From the NCBI GenBank assembly GCA_035534755.1, contig DATLRH010000024.1, forward strand, positions 26,598 to 90,597: a stretch of DNA of 64,000 bases. Reading direction: 5' to 3'. A model generated the notes under the pieces. That model saw only the letters and a list, made by a program, of their open reading frames with translations, was not told the origin of the DNA and made no database searches. This DNA comes from Candidatus Dormiibacterota bacterium. Lineage in GTDB: Bacteria > Chloroflexota > Dormibacteria > Aeolococcales > Bog-877. Shown one piece after another: positions 18,861 through 26,051 of this stretch (positions are counted from its first letter, which is position 1; every line of letters starts with the position of its first letter). Position numbers and translations under genes: made by a program.

Positions 18861-19668
18861 GGTCTCTCTCCAGGAGGCTGGCTTCCGCCTGCTGGGCCTG
18901 GGTGGTTTCGATCTCCACCCTCTCCAGGTGGGCCCGCATGCGCTCGCGCGCCAGTTCCGGGTCGCTGGCTGAAACCGCCGCGGCGATCCCTCGGTGTTCT
19001 GCTAGGGAGAGCGCGGGATTGCCGGGCAGTCGGAAGGCGACCGCGAAAGCCCGAGACATGGCGTCCCGAATCCCGTCCATGAGCTGGACCGTAAGACGGT
19101 TCCCGGTGGCGGCCGCCAGGTCAGTGTGGAAGCCAATGTCGGCGCTGTTGTAGCGGCTCGGCTCGCCGAGCGCTTGGGCCATCTCATCAAGGCGCTCGGA
19201 GAGGGCCTCGAGGTGGGAGGCAGAACGACGCCGGGCGGCGAGGCCAGCCGTCTCGATCTCCAGGGTCCGACGAACTTCGAACAGGTCGGAGACTTCGACG
19301 CGTTCCAGTCCGACCAGAAGGCCGATCGCCTGCCGCAGCAGGTTGCCGTGGTCCATGACCACGTACCCGCCCCGTCCGTCAGCCCTGATCAAACCCTGCG
19401 ACTCGAGAACGCGGATGGCCTCCCGGGTCGACGATCGTCCGACCGAGTAGGTGAGGCCCAGTTCGCGCTCAGGCGGCAGTCGTTGGCCGGGTCGGAGCCT
19501 ACCTTCAGACACCGCCGCCGAGATCGCTTCAGCCACCAATTGGTAGGTGTTCCGGCGCGTGACTGGGACCGAAGCGAGGCGCACCTCCTCCGCTGATGGA
19601 TGAGACGTCTCTGCCTTGATGCGGCCCTCGGCGATGATCGGTCTGATGATCAGACAACCTATTCCCAA
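18850..19668 (-). CDS. GntR/FadR-family transcriptional regulator
   Basis: Winged HTH (LPPERELGLTYSVGRSSTREAIRVLE) and a FadR-type all-helical C-terminal domain. The start is uncertain: TTG 19668 is the maximal start and GTG 19584 is plausible. The 3' end overlaps the E1alpha start by 11 nt. Confidence 0.85.
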   Translation of the reverse strand: MGIGCLIIRPIIAEGRIKAETSHPSAEEVRLASVPVTRRNTYQLVAEAISAAVSEGRLRPGQRLPPERELGLTYSVGRSSTREAIRVLESQGLIRADGRGGYVVMDHGNLLRQAIGLLVGLERVEVSDLFEVRRTLEIETAGLAARRRSASHLEALSERLDEMAQALGEPSRYNSADIGFHTDLAAATGNRLTVQLMDGIRDAMSRAFAVAFRLPGNPALSLAEHRGIAAAVSASDPELARERMRAHLERVEIETTQAQQAEASLLERDRAR

Positions 19669-19874
19669 TCGGCTCCGCTGTCAACACTGGGGATGGCCGC
19701 GTTCTGGTTCGGGACCGCGCACGCCGGTCGCCGGATATGGTCTCCGGCCGCCGGGACCGCACGCACCGAGGGCTATCATGGTCGAGACATCACGAACTCT
19801 GGAGACCCGGTACTCGGCCGGTTCCCTAGGGGCCGCTCCCTGGGGCGTCGGGAACAGCCAACTGTGAGGAGCCA

Positions 19875-20369
19875 ATGGACGTGATCGAGATGTCGGTCGA
19901 CAGTATCCGCGTCCACATGCCCAGCGGTCAGCACGTGGTGGTGTTGAAGCAGAAGGATGCGGAGCGCTTCCTGCCGATCTGGGTGGGCATGGCCGAGGCG
20001 AATGCCATCGCCCTGAAGATCACCGGAATCAAGCCCGAGCGACCCCAGGCCCACGACCTCATGGTTGACATGCTGACCACCCTGGATGTGACGGTCAGCC
20101 GGGTGGTCGTGTCGGAGCTGCGCGACGACACCTTCCACGCTCGCATCATCGGCGCGCGCGCGGGCCAGGAGGTGGTTTTCGACGCCCGGCCCAGCGACGC
20201 TATCGCGCTGGCGATTAGAGTCGAATCCCCGATCTACGTGGTCGAGGACGTCCTAGAGCAGGCTGGGGTACTGCCCGACAGCCAATCCGAGGAGGGCAGC
20301 CGGCTTGCCGTTTTCCAGCAGATGGTCAACGACATGAACCTCCCCGACCTCGACCTCCCCGACGCCTGA
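19875..20369 (+). CDS. Bifunctional nuclease (BFN/DUF151) family protein
   Basis: VVVLKQKDAERFLPIWVGMAEANAIA...PQAHDLM...ARPSDAIALA is characteristic of the family. GAGGAG lies upstream of the ATG. Confidence 0.8.
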   Translation: MDVIEMSVDSIRVHMPSGQHVVVLKQKDAERFLPIWVGMAEANAIALKITGIKPERPQAHDLMVDMLTTLDVTVSRVVVSELRDDTFHARIIGARAGQEVVFDARPSDAIALAIRVESPIYVVEDVLEQAGVLPDSQSEEGSRLAVFQQMVNDMNLPDLDLPDA

Positions 20370-20381
20370 CCGGCTGGGGAC

Positions 20382-20467
20382 GCCAGCATGGCGGAATGGC
20401 AGACGCGGCGGTCTCAAAAACCGTTGAGCGCAAGCTCGTGTGGGTTCGACTCCCACTGCTGGCACCA
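20382..20467 (+). tRNA. tRNA-Leu (anticodon CAA), type II with long variable arm, CCA encoded
   Basis: Folded by hand. Acceptor GCCAGCA/TGCTGGC. D arm GCG-GAATGGCAGA-CGC. Anticodon stem GCGGT/ACCGT with loop CTCAAAA. Variable arm with GAGC-GCAA-GCTC. T arm GTGGG-TTCGACT-CCCAC. Discriminator A then CCA. Confidence 0.93.
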
Positions 20468-20609
20468 GCCCCAAGGCGGCTGCTGTTGCCACCCCCAAGG
20501 CGGCGGCTCTCAACTGGACTGGGAAGGTCGCAGCCGGCGCCGGAGGGTGGATTTCGCCAAGGCTGACCGACGGTGAAGCGCAGGCCCGGAGACCATAGAC
20601 TCCCTGAGA

Positions 20610-21482
20610 ATGCCCTTCCGGTACCTGGACCTCGTCAACGAGATCACCGCGCCCATGCCACCGATGCCCGTGGCCCGCTTGGGCACGCCTCCCTGGACCA
20701 CCCCGACCCGCGCCGTGAAGGAGTCCACGGTGATCATCCTCTCTAGCGCTGGCGTCCACCTGCGCAACCAGCCAGCGTTCAAGCCGGTCGACGACCTGAG
20801 CTTCCGTCTCCTTCCGGCCGACTTGGACCCCGCCGAGCTGGTGGTTTCGCATCCCAGTCCGATTCGCCGCCCGGGACGCGCCGACGTCAATGTAGTCCAC
20901 CCCTATCAGCGCCTGTCCGAGCTGGCGAGCTCGGGACTAATCGGCGCGGCGGCAACCCACCACCTGAGCATGCTCGGAGCGATCAAAGCCCTGGTCCCGC
21001 TGGTCACCAAGACAGGCCCGGCCCTGGCCGACACGATCCGGGCAGCGGGAGCTGACCTGGTCTTGATCGTTCCCCTGTGCCCGGCCTGCCACCAATCCAT
21101 GGGCCTACTGGCCCGGGTCCTCGAGTCGGAGGGCCTGGTCACCGTGAGCATCACCGGCGCCCGCGATATCACGGAGCGAGTCCGGCCTCCGCGGGCCGCC
21201 TTCCTCGACTACCCGCTGGGAAACGCCTTGGGGCGTCCCCACCAGATCGAGGAGCAGCGGGCGATCTGCCTTTCCGTGCTCGGGCTGGCGGAGCTCGTCG
21301 AAGTACCGGGCGAGATCGCGGACCTCCCCTACGCCTGGCCCGAACCCGACTGGGATAACGAGATCGCGGAGCTGTACCGCCGAGACCGCAAGACGGTGGC
21401 CCGTCAACGTCAGGCCGAGTTCGATTCCTCGGGGAGACACTGGGCGGCAGATCAGGTTGCCCTCATCGAGGCGCTCCTCTAA
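20610..21482 (+). CDS. GrdB/PrdB-family (glycine/sarcosine/betaine/D-proline reductase subunit B-like) protein, Cys-type
   Basis: Coding-like codon usage. The layout is recalled from the GrdB family: SAGVH...DVNVVHPYQRLSELASSGLIG...LVLIVPLCPACHQS...GLVTVSI...DYPLGNALGRP. A CxxC occupies the place where selenoproteins carry UxxC. The family assignment is from memory only. Confidence 0.5.
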   Translation: MPFRYLDLVNEITAPMPPMPVARLGTPPWTTPTRAVKESTVIILSSAGVHLRNQPAFKPVDDLSFRLLPADLDPAELVVSHPSPIRRPGRADVNVVHPYQRLSELASSGLIGAAATHHLSMLGAIKALVPLVTKTGPALADTIRAAGADLVLIVPLCPACHQSMGLLARVLESEGLVTVSITGARDITERVRPPRAAFLDYPLGNALGRPHQIEEQRAICLSVLGLAELVEVPGEIADLPYAWPEPDWDNEIAELYRRDRKTVARQRQAEFDSSGRHWAADQVALIEALL

Positions 21483-21705
21483 CAGCCCGCCAGTCCCACC
21501 CCTAAGGGCCCTGCCCTTCTCCAATTACGACTCGGTCCTCGACCGCGGAATCAGAAGGGCAACCGTGGGGCCGCTCAACTCTTGGGGCCGGCCCTCTCTC
21601 CCGACCCAGGCCCGACGCTTTAGGCGAACTCCGGCCTTGGCGGGTTTCCTACCGGCTGCTTGAGTCGCGCTGAGGGTCCCGCGGGTGGGGGTATGATCCG
21701 GGTCG

Positions 21706-23112
21706 GTGTTCCACGGTGGCCGCCGGGTGAGTGGGTTCCTCTTGTTGCTGCTGGTCACCGGCCTGGCCTTCTCGCAGAGCATGGCCACGGCCCGCCGGGG
21801 GCCAATCCCGACCCCAACCCCCACGGCTCCGGGGCGCGTTCCGCCGACGCCGCTCCCCACCCCATCGCCACGACTGCCGCGCGCCGCCGAGGCGCTGGCT
21901 CGCGCTTTCATGAGTCAGTTCGTGAGTGGCCAGTTCGCCGCCCAATGGATGGAGCTGACACCTTTCGCCCAGGCGCAGTGGCCTTCCCAGTCGGCTCGGG
22001 TGGCCATGCTCCAGACCAAGTTCTCAGGTCCGGCCCAGCCCGTTTCCTTCACTGTCGGAACCGCCACGCCGGCAGCCAGCGCCTGGACTCCCCCGGAAGC
22101 CCCCGCTGAGCACTTCCGCAGTGTGCTCCTGGTGCCGGTCACGGTGACCTTCGCGTCCCCGTCGAGCCTGCTCCCGGCAGGGGTGGCCGCCGACTACCAG
22201 GCGCTGACCTTGGCGATCTCCGCACCCCGCGTATCAGGGCCTCCGCAGGTGGTGACCGGCGGCCCGGCTCTATCTAGTCTGCTCGTGCTTGGCGAGGGTC
22301 CGGCGGCCATGGATGCCCCCATCGTGGTCCCACCCAACCCGGTCGCTCGCAGCGCGGCGGTGCCCATCTTGATGTACCACGTCGTCGCCCCTTTCCCAGT
22401 CCGGTCCCAGTGGAACACCGGATACGCTTACCAGTTGGAATATGGACTCACCGTCACCCCCGGCCAATTCGCAACCCAGATGGCAGCTCTGGCCGCCAGC
22501 CAGGCCCATGCGATCTCTCTGCAGCGACTGTCCGACTTCCTCCTCTACGGTCTGCCCCTGCCCCAGCTGCCGGTCGTGATCACCTTCGACGATGGACGGG
22601 AGGGTCCGTTCCAGTACGCGGTCCCGATCCTCACCAACTATGGGTTCACCGCCACGTTCTTCGTCCCGGTGGGTCTGGTTGGCGAGACGGTCCACACACT
22701 GGCCGGGTTCAACCCCCAGAGCTACCTGACCTGGGCCCAGGTGACCACCCTGTCCCAGGGGGGGTTCTCGATCGAGGATCACACGCTCTATGACAATAAA
22801 GCCCTTTGGGGCGCATCTCCGGCGACAGTCCAGGCGCTGGTGGCTCAGCCCTCAGTGCTGCTGGCCCAGCACACTGGGGTCCCGGTTCAGTTCATCGCCT
22901 ACACCGGGGTCTGGCCCTACCCCTCCCCCGCCACGGCGGGTCCGGCAGAGCTTTCCCTCTTCTCCGAACTGCGGGCCGTCGGCTTCGTCGCTGGGGTCAT
23001 CGACGCCCGGATCAACTCCGCCCAGGAGAGCTCGCAGATGCTGTGGCAGCTGCCCCGGATTCGGATGAACCCGAACCAACCTCCCTCGGCACTGCTCAGG
23101 TGGGTTGGCTAG
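21706..23112 (+). CDS. Secreted/membrane-anchored polysaccharide deacetylase (NodB homology domain) with uncharacterised N-terminal domain
   Basis: N-terminal hydrophobic segment and a Pro/Thr-rich linker. NodB motifs are present: VVITFDDGREGPF and a downstream His-containing segment. GTG start. Confidence 0.8.
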   Translation: MFHGGRRVSGFLLLLLVTGLAFSQSMATARRGPIPTPTPTAPGRVPPTPLPTPSPRLPRAAEALARAFMSQFVSGQFAAQWMELTPFAQAQWPSQSARVAMLQTKFSGPAQPVSFTVGTATPAASAWTPPEAPAEHFRSVLLVPVTVTFASPSSLLPAGVAADYQALTLAISAPRVSGPPQVVTGGPALSSLLVLGEGPAAMDAPIVVPPNPVARSAAVPILMYHVVAPFPVRSQWNTGYAYQLEYGLTVTPGQFATQMAALAASQAHAISLQRLSDFLLYGLPLPQLPVVITFDDGREGPFQYAVPILTNYGFTATFFVPVGLVGETVHTLAGFNPQSYLTWAQVTTLSQGGFSIEDHTLYDNKALWGASPATVQALVAQPSVLLAQHTGVPVQFIAYTGVWPYPSPATAGPAELSLFSELRAVGFVAGVIDARINSAQESSQMLWQLPRIRMNPNQPPSALLRWVG

Positions 23113-23285
23113 TCGGACGTCGCGCCACTCGATTCCCGTCTCGGGATCGCGAACTCAGTCCGATTGCCGTCACCACGGCTCGGGCGGACCAATCGGCTCC
23201 ACTTGCACCGCGGAGCACCCTGGTTACTTCGGCGCCCTCCAGCCGGCTCAGCCGCGACCGGTCGGCTCCTCGCATGGAGCTGGCC

Positions 23286-23588
23286 CTAGCGCAATCTCCG
23301 CGAGCTGTCGCGGCCGCCTCCGAAGCGTGGCGAGCGCCAGATTTGCCACCCCACCAGCCCCGCCCCGACCAACAGAACGGCACCCCGGACAGCCAGGACG
23401 GGGTTGTGCCAGAGCACCCCGAGCACGACGAGCGCCAATCCTCCGGCCCCCAGCGCGATGCCGACCAGCCAGCGGATTCGTGGCGATGCGTTTCGAAAGA
23501 GTCGATAGAAGATGAACACTCGCGGCTCCCGGTCCAAATCAGACGCTGAGGAGGCGGCGGTCGAGGGAACTGTGGCCGCAGCCGACAC
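23286..23588 (-). CDS. Hypothetical small membrane protein (two predicted TM helices)
   Basis: Two hydrophobic segments, WLVGIALGAGGLALVVLGVLW and AVLLVGAGLVGWQIW. No recognisable motif, and the start is uncertain. Confidence 0.4.
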   Translation of the reverse strand: MSAAATVPSTAASSASDLDREPRVFIFYRLFRNASPRIRWLVGIALGAGGLALVVLGVLWHNPVLAVRGAVLLVGAGLVGWQIWRSPRFGGGRDSSRRLR

Positions 23589-23763
23589 TACCCGTGGCCG
23601 CCCCCCATGCTCCGCGACCGCACGCGGGGCATCCGCAGTCTATCCTCGCTGCGTCGGCTCCGGCTCCAACAGTCAAGGGCCGTCATTAGACGGCGCTGGC
23701 GGTCCCGGACTCGCCACCCCGGGGCGCCCTTTCGATTACATTGACCCCCGCCGCCGTCTGGAG

Positions 23764-23808
23764 CCGCCTCTCGGCGGCACTGGGTTGCGCAGTGTCGCCG
23801 AGAGGCGG
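23764..23808 (+). other. Long near-perfect hairpin in the 5' region of the aminotransferase gene
   Basis: CCGCCTCTCGGCGGCACTG / loop GGTTGCG / CAGTGTCGCCGAGAGGCGG. That is 19 bp with one G-U pair. It is immediately followed by GGAGGAG and has no U-tract. Confidence 0.6.
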
Positions 23809-23946
23809 AGGAGTGAAGCCCACAATGCCTGGAACCGCCCCGCTTAGGAGACCAGCGTCCGGCACCCGGCCTCCCCACCTCGGCGTCGTGCTGCCCCCCT
23901 GCGACTGGCCCGCGCCAGTTCTCGCCGTCGCTTGAGGAGCATCACC

Positions 23947-25326
23947 GTGGCAGCCGAGCGAGCCAAGCAACTGGGCACCGATCACGTCTTTCACACCTGG
24001 TCGGCGCAACGGGACCTGCGCCAGGTCACCCCGGTGGGGGGCGCCGGCTGCTGGTTCTGGGACGAATCCGGGACCCGCTACCTGGACTTCTCATCTCAAT
24101 TGGTATTCCTGAATCTGGGCCACCAGCACCCGGCCCTGATCGCCGCAGTGAAGGAGCAGGCCGACCGGCTCTGCACGGTATCCCCCGACTTTGCCAACAC
24201 GGCCCGGAGCGAACTGGCAGAGATGATCGCGGCCCGAGCCCCGGGTGACCTCAACTACGTCTTCTTCACCAACGGGGGGACGGAAGCCAACGAACATGCC
24301 ATCCGGATGGCCCGCCTCCACACTGGGCGCAGCAAGATTCTGGGGGCTTATCGCAGCTACCACGGAGCCACCAGCGGCTCCCTATCCGTCACCGGAGACC
24401 CACGCCGCTGGGCCAGCGATCCGGGCATCCCTGGGGTTGTCCACTTCATGGGGCCCTACCTGTACCGATCTCCCTTCGGAACCCACTCCGAGGCAGAGGA
24501 ATCGGCCGCTGCTCTCGGCCACCTACGCGAGGTGATCGAACTTGAGGGTCCGGCCACGATCGCGGCTGTGCTGTTGGAGACCGTGGTCGGCACCAACGGA
24601 GTGCTGATCCCACCCCGTGGCTACCTCGCCGGCGTGCGAGCCCTTTGCAGCGAGTTCGGGATCATGCTGATCTGCGACGAGGTGATGGTCGGCTTCGGGC
24701 GGATCGGCGAGTGGTTCGCGGTCGACGCCTGGGACGTGGTGCCGGACCTGATCACCTTCGCGAAGGGGGTCAATTCGGGCTACGTTCCGCTCGGAGGAGT
24801 GGTCATCCCGGAGGGGATCTGGGCCTCTTTCGCTGACCGAGCCTACCCCGGGGGACTCACCTATTCCGGCCATCCTCTGGCATGCGCCGCGGGGGTGGCC
24901 AGTATTCGGGTCTTCGAGCAGACCGACCTCCTGGGTCACGTTCGCCGTCTGGGCCGCGAGGTCGCGGAGCCGTCCCTTCGACGGCTGATGGAGCGCCACC
25001 CCTCGGTGGGCGATGTGCGCGGGCGGGGGCTCTTCTGGGCCCTGGAGCTGGTCCGTAATCGCGAGTCCCGGGAGATGCTGGTCCCCTTCAACGCCACTGG
25101 GGCAGCCAAGGAGCCGATGTCCCGAGTGGTGGCTGCCTGCCGCCAGCGCGGCCTCTGGCCATTCAGCCACTTCAACCGCATTCACGTGGCCCCGCCCCTG
25201 ATCATCAGCGCCGAGGAGTTGGAGCTGGGCATCCGCCTCCTCGACGAGGCGCTGGCCATTGCCGACGAGTACGTCGAGGAGGAGCCAGCACTCGGGCACC
25301 CGTCCCTGACGCGCCCGGCCGGCTGA
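23947..25326 (+). CDS. Class III (omega) aminotransferase, PLP-dependent
   Basis: Aspartate-aminotransferase-superfamily class III layout (FTNGGTEANE, LICDEVMVGFGRIG, PLP lysine in FAKGVNSGY). GTG 23947 lies 7 nt after GAGGAG. TTG 23932 is the track start. Confidence 0.9.
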   Translation: MAAERAKQLGTDHVFHTWSAQRDLRQVTPVGGAGCWFWDESGTRYLDFSSQLVFLNLGHQHPALIAAVKEQADRLCTVSPDFANTARSELAEMIAARAPGDLNYVFFTNGGTEANEHAIRMARLHTGRSKILGAYRSYHGATSGSLSVTGDPRRWASDPGIPGVVHFMGPYLYRSPFGTHSEAEESAAALGHLREVIELEGPATIAAVLLETVVGTNGVLIPPRGYLAGVRALCSEFGIMLICDEVMVGFGRIGEWFAVDAWDVVPDLITFAKGVNSGYVPLGGVVIPEGIWASFADRAYPGGLTYSGHPLACAAGVASIRVFEQTDLLGHVRRLGREVAEPSLRRLMERHPSVGDVRGRGLFWALELVRNRESREMLVPFNATGAAKEPMSRVVAACRQRGLWPFSHFNRIHVAPPLIISAEELELGIRLLDEALAIADEYVEEEPALGHPSLTRPAG

Positions 25327-25468
25327 GCCCGCGCGGCACTACTGGCGCCACCGGGCCCGGGCTGCTCACTCCTAGCCTGGCACTGACCACGGATGGGCGT
25401 GCCCCCCGACTTCGCGCCCAGTTCGCTTGAGGGGGGCCTCCGGAGGGTCCCGATCTATACTCCGGCCG

Positions 25469-26038
25469 ATGCACCTCGCCGAGATCCTGGTCAACGACCT
25501 GGTCCTGCTCCTCGACATCTATGCGCTCTGCATCCTGGCTTGGGCCTTCATGTCGTTCTTCCCCGAGGCGTACGCCACGCCGGTCGGACACCTGCTCGAG
25601 GCCCTGGTGCTGCCGGTGGTTCGGCCCTTGCGGCGGGTCCTGCCCACGATCGCTGGTCTCGACTTCTCGCCACTTCTGGCCCTGGTGCTGGTCTTCGCGG
25701 TGGCCCAGCTGCTCCAGGAGCTGGCTCGCAACAGCTTTGCCAACCCGATCTGGGCGATCTTCTCGGTCGTCTTCGAGTTCATCAGCGCGGTGGCCCTGGT
25801 GATCGTGGTGCTGCTGCTGATCCGAGTGCTGGTCAGCGCCCTCCACGTCGACCCCTGGCACCCCTTCGTCTACTCGATCAAACGCATCACCGATCGCCTG
25901 ATCGCTCCCATCCAGCGCGCCGCCCGAGTTCAGGTCGAGATGGCCGCCCTGATCGGCCTGGTGATCGCCGTGGTGGTCTACATCGCCCTGGCGCAGGTCC
26001 TCTTCCCGACGCTGCTAAGTAGCCTCTACCAGCTCTAA
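25469..26038 (+). CDS. YggT-family integral membrane protein (two YggT repeats)
   Basis: Duplicated YggT-like segments (LLLDIYALCILAWAFMSFFP...PLRRVLP and a second repeat ...IKRITDRLIAPIQR). ATG 25469 lies 7 nt after a TATACT box, so the mRNA may be leaderless. Confidence 0.75.
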   Translation: MHLAEILVNDLVLLLDIYALCILAWAFMSFFPEAYATPVGHLLEALVLPVVRPLRRVLPTIAGLDFSPLLALVLVFAVAQLLQELARNSFANPIWAIFSVVFEFISAVALVIVVLLLIRVLVSALHVDPWHPFVYSIKRITDRLIAPIQRAARVQVEMAALIGLVIAVVVYIALAQVLFPTLLSSLYQL

Positions 26039-26051
26039 ACCGCGATCTGGC

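Noticed and set aside
20382-23112. Integrated mobile element at tRNA-Leu
   Set aside because: No integrase, recombinase, transposase or phage gene is present. Only a short local direct repeat was seen, and no distal att copy.
23741-23935. 64-aa ORF upstream of the aminotransferase as a genuine protein gene
   Set aside because: Its 5' half spans the long hairpin, and its composition is Pro/Gly/Ala/Arg-rich with no RBS at the track start. Only the shorter ATG-23825 version is kept, as a speculative uORF in the findings.
25205-25861. 218-aa minus-strand ORF rich in His/Asp/Gln/Glu (HHDHQGH...), considered as a possible metal-binding protein
   Set aside because: It is exactly antisense to the hydrophobic YggT membrane protein. 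Antisense of Leu/Val/Ala-rich codons generates such Asp/Gln/His/Glu-rich strings. There is no RBS or independent support.
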